Under the pieces are notes generated by a model. That model was not told the origin of the DNA. It saw nothing but the letters and a program-made list of their open reading frames with translations, and did not search any database. The position numbers were made by a program, and so were the translations under genes. This document shows, piece by piece, positions 24,201 to 36,000 of a stretch of DNA of 64,000 nt; positions within the stretch are counted from its first letter, which is position 1; each line of letters opens with the position of its first letter. Source of the stretch: Thalia democratica (Eukaryota); contig OZ241826.1 in the NCBI GenBank assembly GCA_965202585.1, positions 71,610,001-71,674,000 of the forward strand, read 5' to 3'.

Positions 24201-27200
24201 AAACAACGCTATATTAGAAAAATTGTTACTTGTAAAATTTATTGACATTACTATAAAGAAATAATCAATAAAAATACAAAAATTAAGCATTATTTACTAT
24301 CTAATTTAAAAATGATTGAAAAAAAAAGTGCTTTTACTTAACCGATAAAATTTAGGTAAAAACATTTTGTCTAAAAAGAATTGAATTAAACTAACTTGCG
24401 CATGGGCTTTTGCAAGTCTCCATTTTTCATGTTTAGTTGTGTAAACATTGCATCTTCGATCTTTGAGTGATATTTCCTTGTTTTTATGAATCCTCAGCTG
24501 CTTCAGATCCCAGTAGAAGCCATCAAACAGTTTATAATCTTCAATGGGAAAATTCAAAACCCATTTTATTGAGGTGTCCGGTTCATCTGTAAAAGGAAGC
24601 AATAGTTATTATGACTGTTTAATAAAAAAAAAAAAAAATCAAAGGTTAGTTTTTAGAAATACGTTAAGCTAATGTAATAGCAAAATAGTTATTTTTTAGA
24701 AACAATATTAAAGTAAAAATTCTAGGCATCGCAATAAACAGTTTAACTTGATTTTTGTTTTAAATATTATAATAATTTTGATTTGGTATAAGACTTTTTT
24801 TGACGATTAGACAGTAACTAGCAAATGTTACATAGAGATAAAAGCTTTGTGATATGAAAACTTGTTTTTAATTAAAAAAGTATACAAAATTTTTCAGATA
24901 TTAGAAAAAAATTATCAGTTTCTAAAATTTTTAAAGGTAAACTATTAAACTCAATGTTTATCTTACTAAAATAACAAAATTTAATACCTTAATTTTAGGT
25001 GCATAGGGCTAAGGTCATTAAGTTAAATACAACTAATTTAATTACACACTAATTTAATATGCTCTTTTCAATTTTTCTTCTTTGATTTAGACTAGTTTTG
25101 CTTATAATCTTAACAATGTATAACTTATCACACTAACTGTAAAATTTAAATACTCTCTATGTTAAAAAACTCTTTACATATGAACTTTTTAGGAAATATA
25201 GCTACAAAGCTATAGCAAATGTTTATTGTAAGTTTTTTTTGTTACCACAACATCGTTTTGTTTTACAAATGTGTATTAGCTTTTAACTTTTAAAAATTTC
25301 TAAGAAAGATAGTTTCAAAACTTTTATAATAATATACAAGCTAGAATACTTTTCAAAATGTATAAATATACTTTATTATGTTAAGATTTTTTTTAAATGT
25401 TAGTATATAATTAAATAAACTATTTAAAAAGTTTATAACAAAACCTAAAGTGTTTTTTTAGTTTTGATTAACTTCACGCGCGCTGAAATAACAAAACAAC
25501 TTTCAGTTTTTCTTACCAGCAGAAGGTGGCTCAAGGCATCCGCACAAAGTTGTTTTCATGATGGACTTGTACAGCTGTTGGTCGCCCACCAGTGGGCACT
25601 TCTGCTTCCCGCCAACCAGCTTGGTGAATTCCCACAAGCTGCCAAAAGACACTTCAAATATGTAAGTAGAGTTTCGGTGCAGAAGGAAGTCTAAAGTGGA
25701 AGAAGATGACACCTGAGACACTTCTACCATGGGCCCTCCTTTGTATTTTGAGAACTTTGCTGTTTAAAGTTTGTGTGTGACAGTCATAATTTATTAGTAC
25801 TATATTTAATTCAAATTTTACTAAATAAAACTGTTGTTAATATTTTATTATTGTATAAAGTCGTTAAAACAACCTTTTGAAAATAATAATTTGATAGTCT
25901 TGCAAAAAAGACTCATACTTATTTATTAAAAACGATATTTAAAAACTAGCGACACTTTTAGTTGCTAGCTTAATTATATAGCTCTATAAGTTTACAAATT
26001 TGTAAAATCTAGAAAACAAATCAAATATGTTGAGTATTTAAATTTTTTTTTTACGTTTTTGTTTTGTTCATATTATAATATCAAACATGATTTACAACTA
26101 CCTAATCATACTATGTTGGTCTAATATCAATACGCACTAGTGCTAATAAACCTTATTTTATAACTTTACTAATAAACTAACAATATAGTCCAATAAAATA
26201 ATTATTACTTCGTCAAAAGTACATATAAAATTAAAAAATAAAAACTACAAAGAACAATCAATAATATTTATTCAAATTTTAAGATTGATTAAAAAACTAG
26301 TTTGTAGTAGTTGTTAATAAGAAGCTAATGGATATATTTTTATAAATTAATTTTTATAAGATATGGAACAATCTAAAATACACGTTTAAAATTTTATGAA
26401 GTCATTTAAAATAAACATAATATCAAAAAAACATAAGCCTTAATACTTTTCCGGAAAATTTAAAGCTTAGTTTTTTAAAACTTTTTCAACAAATAACTAA
26501 TGGATCAATATCTTGTAACTTGATCCTATAAGTGATGTCTTGAATTTAATATCTAAGTAGTAGCAGTACAAATTAAGATACTGATTTGAAAATGTTTACT
26601 TAACTGTAGTTAAGACAAGTATGTATTAAAATACTTCTTTAAGAAAAATACAATTTGAACCAAAATTTTGCTTTACTCGAAGCCACTTATAAACTGACAG
26701 ATTGTTTTGAAAGATAAGAGGTCAAATTTGAAAAAGTCTTATACTTACAACGTAACTTATATTTTTCAGTTCAGTTTTCAGCGTAAACATCTTTTGTAGA
26801 AATTAAAAAATTCGCGTAAAACATCTGTAATTTTTCAAAAATTTGAGGAAACTAAAATCAATTGCTAGATAGAAAACTAAAAATTAATCGATTAAGAAAT
26901 CGTGGCGCCAAAATGCATAAAAACTACATGTCGAGTTTGTTAAACTATATGTCGAGTTTATGCAAAGAAACGAATGCATAACAAAATCGATTTAATATTT
27001 TGCATTTTGTTTAAAGTTTTAGTTCTTTTATACTTAAGCTAAAAGTCTAGTTAAAATTATATAGGAACAAGTTATACTTACAAGAAGTTAGTTTCTTCGT
27101 CAACACCTCTATTATTTCAACAAACAGCATCAAGTGCAAGAAAAGGAACCATAACAACGTCGGTAACAGTCCAATTGAAAATACTGTTAATTGCTTTATT

Positions 27201-27235
27201 TTACTACATAGAGTTGTTCGAAGTTTTTGTTTCAT
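21283..27235 (-). CDS. Divergent lipoxygenase-like protein, about 487 aa. Exons: complement(join(21283..21421,22030..22182,22615..22838,23178..23366,23702..23872,24396..24586,25517..25759,27082..27235))
   Basis: The spliced translation gives LOX-ordered motifs: KWRLAKAHAQ (WxxAK), HNHVHF...LRKLLEPHTRFTEYINHKA, FPYDRFLSEYYEIVYDFV, IWNNGIVHYCDH (H-x3-H), and a C-terminal FHRSLKE...CVGALCF*. All seven introns are GT-AG and phase-consistent (1464 nt). Exon 1 is the least certain. Confidence 0.8.
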
Positions 27236-28704
27236 TGAACAACTTTTTATGAATCTTTTTATTAATGTTTTTACTTGTTTACCTTTAAAAACGTTACTTA
27301 ATAATCATAGATTATAGCATTAAAACATCTAAAAAGTTCTTAAACTTTGAACTTTATACATAAAATGATTTGAAGATTTATTCATTTCTTTCAATTATAA
27401 TTTTTTACTACTTTTTTGTTCATAAATTTCAAAAATAAATAACTAGAATTTTTTGTCTATAGTCGGGATTTCAGATTAGCAGTAGATGTTAAACTTAAAC
27501 CAAAACTAAAATAATGAACTAGTCCTGCTTGGTTTGTTGTTCTGAAAAGTATTTTTTGCAAAAAATGGTTTTAAACTCTAAGGCTATTTGAAATATACAT
27601 GTCTTTAGATATTGCATCATAAATAAAATAATAAGCTTAGTTTGAGTTTTACCTTAGCATTGGTAAACATTAATTAAATTACTAATTATTTTAAAAATTA
27701 TATAGCTACTTTCAAACTAACTTTGTAAAATATAAAAACTAGTTTATTAACCTTTAGCTAGCTTTTATAACATATATTTTTTCGTATTTTTTCTTATAGT
27801 ACAAAAAATAAAACTTTAGTATCTCCAAAACTATTAGCGAAACATAATTTAATCAAATATTTATATTTCTTATATTTTAACATTAGTTTTAACTTAAACA
27901 AACATGTGCTGACCTTACATACTGCTTGTTTTACATTTTGTAGTATATCATTTAAATGCTTTACAAATTAAATAATAAGTTTAGCTTAAGTATGTACTTA
28001 AACTTTTCTACTCATTTAGAAATATATTTTTATATGTATATACACTATGCAGTCTCTGGGAAAGTATATGCTCCAATTTAAAGTTTGTTGTAAACGATTT
28101 ATACTACAGTTGATGAGAAACATGCAAAACAAGAAAGTAATTTTTATAATTAAAATATAATAAATTGTTTGAGGCTGTAATCAGAGGGATTTGTTGTTAC
28201 GTCATTTATATGTAAACAAACATTAGGAAGTCTGGTGACAGAGCTATTTAACTTTTGGAATACAGGACTGCATTCATATGACTATGCTGTTTGTTTGTTA
28301 TTACTTTAGTCTTTCACTGAAATACTTATTCATAATGAGTTTGGAACAATGTTGTTTTTTATTAAATGCCTTTAAAAATATTAAGAATTTAACTGAATGC
28401 ATTTCGGGCACAACAATGTTTGAAAACATTAACCACCATATGGGTTTAAACTTTAGCCTTTTACAACAACAAACTTTTTAACATTTTCGATAGGCTTCAT
28501 AAAAAATTGTAATTTTTATTCTTAATTAAAAGCTATCCTGTATAAACAAAACAACAACATTTAAAAATCTAAAGAATGTTTTTCATTATGTTCAAAGTTT
28601 AACTTTACTACTACTAATCACTAAAAAAACATAACTTTTCTAAAGATCATACTTTCGATTTTATCTATTATTTTTGTGTTTTAAAGCAATACACTGGTAC
28701 AAAC

Positions 28705-28830
28705 AACAATGTTTGTTGAACAACAAAAAAAGCGCTCCAAACAATTAGTCCTAGGATCTGGTGCACGAATAAACCTTCGGTTATCGAGTCGTACACTTGT
28801 TGGATACAGTTTAAAGTCTAGTCCAGGATA
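28705..28830 (+). repeat. Short dispersed repeat, copy B (best preserved; hairpin with cUUCGg loop)
   Basis: GTGCACGA-ATAAAC-CTTCGG-TTAT-CGAG-TCGTACAC fold-back; homologous to copies A and C. Confidence 0.7.
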
Positions 28831-31800
28831 TCACGTTAAGTTTGTATATAAAAGGTTTGAAAAATATGCATAGGTTTGATCCTGTGTAAGATTAAAAAGT
28901 ATAATGCATATCTGAGTTGTTGTTACAAACTTCTTTACATGTGTTTTTTAAACCATTTCGCCTATCATAAAACTATTTAACACGTGGCTACGAAATGTTT
29001 CTAATTATAAAAAGCTTTTTTTATAGCTACTGTTCCACGAAACACAATGCATTGAATATTCTTTCTAGTTTTAAATCTAGCGAGATACTACACCATAATA
29101 AAAAAATTTAAGGGTAACTACAGCATTAAAATTTTTAAATGCGTAATTTTATTAAAACTTGATATAACACTCATTGAAATTTAAACAAAAAGCAATCCTG
29201 GTTAGTAAAAATACTTTGTAAGGAAGGTGTAAAAACTATGAAAACTATATGTTTTAAAACTTAATTGACCTTTTTGTTTATTTTAAGTAATAAGTAGTTC
29301 AAGTATGTTTCTTTATTAAATTACTGTTATTCAATATTAATCATCCAAATAGCACACATAATTAAGTAAAAATAAAGAAAAAAAAACAAAATTCCTACTT
29401 TGATTCTTTTGGTTTTTGTTGTTTATTTCTATATTTGCTTTAGCGTAACTATGAAAATGAACTATAAATTGATACAAAAATAAGTTAGTTAATTAAATTG
29501 TACTTTAATTCAAAATTCTTACTTTATGCTAATTTATTCTACTACAACTTTTAAATCATAAGCATACAAACTTAAAAGATATTATTTTTATAGTTGTTGT
29601 TGAAAAGTTTTTTTTTTAAGTTTCAGTTATAAGTTATCTGCTCATATTACAAACTTAATTTTTCAGCTTTTTTAGTTTGTTCTCAAATTTATAACAATTT
29701 TTTTTAAATTTAAGCAGTAGTTAAGATTTACTAACATTATCTACAAGTTTAGCAATAGTCAGTGATTAAATTTTTAGTTGTTGTTACAAAACATAACTTG
29801 TATAACTCTAACAACATGACTAACATGACTTTTTTTTCAGATTTATTTATTTATATTTATGAGGTTATTAAGCGAAGCACATTTTATGAAATAAATTTAA
29901 GAGAAAAAAAAACTCTGCATTTTAAAACATGCGAACTTTTACTGTTAAGCTAGGTTTATTCCATTATGATGATCAATTCGTTGTTTAACTAGCTCATCAG
30001 GTGTAGTCAAAATTATGATCTAAAGCATACATAAGTTAAGTAAATTAATGACATATGTATTATAAATCATAAATTGTTCAATCGCTGATTATAAATGGAT
30101 ATTATGTAAAAGTAATCAAATAAAATATGTTTTTGCTTAAAGCTTAAAATATACAAAATAGTTCATGGAAAAAACAAATAGTTCTTACTTATTTACTTAA
30201 AGTTTTAATTATTGCTATCCTGAAGCTACAAGAAAAATTAAAAAATGTTTTAACAAAATTTTGCTAACAAATAGTTTTTCTTCAAGAAAACTTTATTAAT
30301 CTTAACAAGATTTTTACACAACAAACATATATGACAAGCATTTTCCTAAAAGTAATGCCCATATAATTTTTAGTTTGACTGTCAAGGATTAATTTTACAG
30401 TATGTATTTTAGGTTAAAGCTAACTAATTTAAGCTTTAATAAAAAACCATAACTTTTCTTATAATTTAATCTTGTTATTAAAGTTTAATCAAGAATACGC
30501 TTTACTCTTACGTAAAGTATTAGCAAAACAAGTAATAAGATTGTTTTCGTAAACAAAGTACTAATTGTTATTTATTTATGAACAAATTTGTTTTGATTTT
30601 TTGAAATTTAGGCAGAAAAGTTTTTTTTTTTTTTGTATTCTTTACATGTAATATAAAATAAATTATATTTCGTTTAAAGTATATTGATCAAAACGATGCT
30701 TAAATCGTAGAACTGTTTAGATTATATAAAACACTGTATTCTTCTAGTAAATAACTTTTTACTGAATATCAGCTTTTTTTTTTTTGCAGGTCAGCAGTTT
30801 AAATGATTATTATACTGTTATAAGAATATTTTTACGACAACAAACAACGACTTGATTTGAGTAAAAGAAATTTTACTGTTTACAAAAAGTATATTTTAGA
30901 AAAATAAAAAAAAATCTTAAAAATAACAGAAAGTAATTAAATACGTTAATTAGCTTCAAACGTTACCACAAAATAGCTTTTAAAATTAATTAGACTTATT
31001 TTGGTCATAATTTAAGATTTAGAAATGACAAGAAATCATAAAACTAAAAACAGCAGTTTATTAATAAGTTACGTAGCGTACTGCACACTTTTAGTTTAAT
31101 AGTTTCGAAAAACAATTTTACTCTTCTTCAGTTAATCTAGTTGCAAGTTTTTAAATTGATTAATTTTTTCGTCAAGTCTTTTAAGATTTATGAAAAAGCG
31201 TTTACTCATAATTATACCATAAATATAATTAAACTCGAGATAAATTTTTGCGAGTTGAGTCTTTTTCTTAATTTACCCGAAAAAATTGCCAGATAAAACC
31301 TTTCAGAAAAAGATAAATGAGTCTCGTTAATTTGGTTTTAAATAGTTGTGCTGCATTTATCTACTAAAGCGTGAAAAATATTCTTTTTTTTACGTTAATT
31401 ATGCTATGTAAACAGTGTTGTTCTTTTATATTAAATTTTGAAAAGTTTACATATTTTGGTAAATTTATATAAGTTTGAGCTTTAAAGAAAAAGACAGTTT
31501 TTATTAAAATTTATGATTGAAATTGTATAAATTTAAAACAGGTAATTAAAAAACTATTTTTAAAATGATTTGAAAAACTTAACTTAAAAGCCAAACATTT
31601 TTGCGCACTAATCAAAAAACACTCATAGATAAAATAAAATGTTTTAATTATAGACTCCTTAAAACAAATTGCATTTTTTTCTAATAGTTTCAGTACCTTA
31701 CTCGTTGTAATAATTTTCGAAACCATGCTTATAACGATTTGACAAAAAACAAAGAGTTTACGAAATCAACAACTTTATAAGGTTGTAGCATGTAGTTTTA

Positions 31801-32713
31801 TTTAAATACATTTCTAGTATGAAGTATTCATTATTGTTCTTAAATTTAGTCTTAAGGAAATCTTGTTTAATAAAAAAAAGTAAAACAAAACTTTGTATAT
31901 GAAGCAATGCATACAAGGATGGTTAGTAAGGATCTTTTACGTTGATAAATTGTTTTAACTCCAACTAAAAGTTCATTCTTGTTGATTTAAAAAAAAAAGT
32001 ATTTAAAGGTTTTTTATGGAAAAGCACATGTAAGAATTTTATCATTTTTATAAGCTTTCTAAAATGTATAATAAAAACATCGAGTAGTAGTACAATCTAT
32101 CTTTTATTTAGCTACTGTAGAAAAATATTTTTTTTTATTCATTTCAGTGTCTGATCTAATTCTTTCTAAGTAAAAATAGTTTTAAAACTGTTGCTATCCT
32201 AACTACATATATGTCAACAGGTAAACTATATTAATCTTTATATATAAATTTTAAGTCAAATTAATACTATAAATTTTGTTAACAGTTCTCAGAGTATATT
32301 TCTATACTTTTATTTTTAAAAGTAACAGAGCTTTCAACTTGGGCTCAAGAAGATAAAAAAATAATATATATCAAAGAATTCCGTTATAAAAAATATTTTG
32401 CCATATTATAAATTTTCAGTTATGAAATAGTTCTGGCAACTAAAACAAATATAAATATAGATATAAATGCATACTATATTTAAATTTACAGAATTTACAG
32501 CCTGTATTTAAAACAAACAAAAAACTAGAAAAGTTCTTGAAACTACTTAAAGCAAAACTATCAGAGACATTTATTAAAAATTACTTAAAGGTCTAAATAA
32601 ATTATCATAACTTTTAAACTTTTTAAAAAGGCTAACAAATTTAAGTCTAGAAAGGTTGCAAATAAAAACTGGTTTATATACTAGTTACTGAATCAGTTAT
32701 TAGTAAACTAAAC

Positions 32714-33066
32714 CAAGGGTCGGCAGCCTTTAATAAGTAACGGGTCAGTTTTCCTAGAAAAGTATAGCCTTGTATCGCAAAATTTATTTTTGCAAGCTAT
32801 TTAAAAAAAAAAGTAATGTTCTAAAACAAAAAATATTTTTTAAACTAAAAATGTGATTTAATATGCAAAAATAAATCATCAGTAACTACTTATTGTTAGA
32901 CTAAGAGCCAAAGTGTAAGTTTATATCTTAAAACTATTATTTTAATTCTTTTTGATTTATGAAATAAGTATAAATCATCAGTCAGTGCAGTTAAATGTTA
33001 TGTAATAATCAAAAAATGTATTTTGATAAAAGATAAATAAATTAGTCATGTTTTTTGTTGACCCTA
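32714..33066. mobile_element. Possible decayed hAT/Charlie-like MITE
   Basis: CAAGGGTCGGCAGCC left end and TGTTGACCCT right end; TSD not clear. Confidence 0.3.
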
Positions 33067-36000
33067 TAAAGCAGTTGGAACTTTAAAAATGTTAGTTTTA
33101 TTTATATTTTTAGTTTTAATTCTTCAAACAACTGCTTGGATTTAAATACGATACTAATCGTTTAAAGTACAACTTATACATATTCTTTAAGTAGCTATCT
33201 TATTGTTTTTACTTTTTAAGTTTAATTTATTTAATATTCGGGTTAAAACTTGTCTGTCAATTTAAAAAAGTTATATTTTAAACTGCTCTGCAATATTTTG
33301 ATGAAACAAAATTTTTTTCGTTAAAATGTTTGATAAGATTAATTTAACTGTGCGAAAGTTTATCTACTTTGGGTGGTCTGTTGATAAGAAAAAAAAATAG
33401 TAAAACTTTTTAAAGTATTTTTAATTTCTACAAAATAAATTATTAAACTAGTCAATTATTAATTATCAGACGCTACTAGCTATCGTAAAGTTATTTTTGT
33501 ATAAGACCCTTAATAAATTACGTTGCAGTGATACAACGTACATTGTAAACAAAAATGACAGCTTAATTGACATGAAGATATTTTTAAGATAATGATGTTT
33601 ATCAGCAGCTAACTGTGTATCGGCTTTTCAACAGTTTATGCTAGACCATGCATTTCGTATAAGCATAATTCAAAGGTTTATTTTTCATATCTGCTCTTAC
33701 TACCGCCGTTTTGATCAGTTAAAACTACTTTTACAAGATTCTGTTTTAGTTCTTAATCCCTATTCGATAGTTTAAGGCGTTTTTTATTTCATTTTACACC
33801 AACAAATTATTCGTATAAACATACTTAAAATCTATAATGAAGTTGAAAAACTATTTTTAGTTTTATTTCTTGCAAATAATTTTTTCATTGATTGAATTTG
33901 ACCAAAATTGAAATAAAAATATTTTAAAAGCTATATGGTTTTGTTTAAATGATGATCTTTTGAAGAATATTTTACTATTTAAAACTAACTAGTTATAAAA
34001 TAACTATTTAACAAAAATCTTATATATATATATATACTAAAAATAAGTTTAAGTAAAATTAGTTGAAATAAATTAAACATTAACTCCAAAGTTTCAAAAT
34101 AGTTTAATATTTACTAGCTAAACTTGATTTAACTTGACCAGTTTAAAGAAATTTTAAAAATATTTTTAAACTGAACTGATCTTCACTTATGAACTAAATA
34201 AAGGTCATTTGTTAACTAGTTTATACATATGTACATATTTTTTTAGCTAAAAATTAATACTTTCTGTAAATTTTGAATTTTAATACATTAGATTACCTAC
34301 GTAATTATGTTTTCAATTAATTCATAAGAGCCCAAACGTGTATTAATGATTAAAATTTTTACACACTGTCATAACTTTAAAAAAATTTAAAAAAAGTTCA
34401 AATTTAGTTTGTTTTACAATAAAAAATTATGCAAGTTTTTAAATATAAGTAAATATATTTCTTAGAAATTTCATTCAGTAATTTCTTTCGCAATAATAAA
34501 GAAATAAAATCATTGATAAATGACATGCAACTAATATATAGACAATGAAATCGTGCAAAAATTTTAATAGAGAACGATAACTGTTAATACCTAATAAAAG
34601 TGTTTAATCATTTGGGCTGTGTTTGATATATTTAACTTTAAAGTATATCAGTAACAGATCTATAAATATAAATACAAAGATAACGCTGCTTATAACATCC
34701 ACTTCTTGGAACGCTTAGCATCTAGACATCATGTAACATTACAATTCTCTTCAAATTATCCGTAAATATTTTTTAATCCTAAAGTTTAATCTTTATTAAG
34801 TTTTCTAGACCATTGTTGGCCAAACTTTACTTAAAACGTAAATATATTTTGCAATTTTGATATATCTTAACCCATTCAAAAATATTTTACATATAAAACA
34901 ACAGCTTTAAAACCAACTTTTTGTTGCTTTTTGCTATTAGTTTTTGTTATATCAACGCTAATATTAAACTAAAAAAGCGTATTCATTTCGTAGGTCCGAA
35001 CTAGAATTATAAGAGTTAATTAAGAAAAATGTTTAGTCTTTTATTTTAACTTACGTCTTATCATAGTTTAGTTAATAAATAAGTTTAACGATTAAAGCAA
35101 AATTTTGTAAAAGTGTGTGTAGATAAAAATAAAATTTATAGTTTTATTATAACCTAAAAGAGCTGTTATGAAAATGTTAATGTTTAAAGATTTTTATTAC
35201 TTATTTATTATTTAAAATCTATTAAATCTTATTATTAATAAAATAAGGAGTTTATTAATTAAATATATGTTTTTGATCAAAATTAGAGTATTTCATACTG
35301 AAAATTATCAAAATAAAGTTTTATATTTTTATAAATACTTACTTTTTTTTATTTCATGTAACTTTCAGTTAGTTTTTAAAATTTTTGAATGATATTATTA
35401 CTTATTATTTACTGTACTAAGACTTATTGAAATCTTTTTAATTGAAGAAAAGTTATTACTATTGTATGGCCTCGTGACTTGATTAGTCTTATGACCAGTA
35501 CTTTGAAAATAAAAATAAACGTTTATCTTGTAGTTTTTTTTTTGATTAGCATAAAAAATCATAAGGGTTACTGTCAAACATACAGATTAGATTTAAATAT
35601 TATATGACATTCTGAAAAGTTGATAACAATAACTGTTTCGAATATTTTCTTATTGTTTGCTTTATTTGCACGTTTATACAAGTTTTAAGTTTTAGAAGTC
35701 AAAGGTAGTACTACTGAATTATCAAGATTATACTGTTTAAATTTCAAGTAAATTAAAAGTCGATGATAGTTTTCTTCAAGTTTTTAAAAACAAAGTGCAT
35801 TACGTTTGTTTCAAATAACTAAAATAGAAAAAGGTTATTAATCATTTTTCGATAATAAAAATAAACTATAATTATAAATTTATTTAAAGAAATGGTTATA
35901 TACTATTTAAAAACCAAAATAGCAATAGTTTTTAAGTAGAAAAACAATAAAAGATCTGTGGCAAGTAATATTAAAAAAACTGTTCGTTCAAGCTTATATA

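Noticed and set aside
29955-30010. Minus-strand CTGATGAG...CGAATTGATCATC...AATAAA resembling a minimal hammerhead
   Set aside because: Stem I cannot form, stem II is weak and A15.1 is mutated; at best a heavily decayed remnant.
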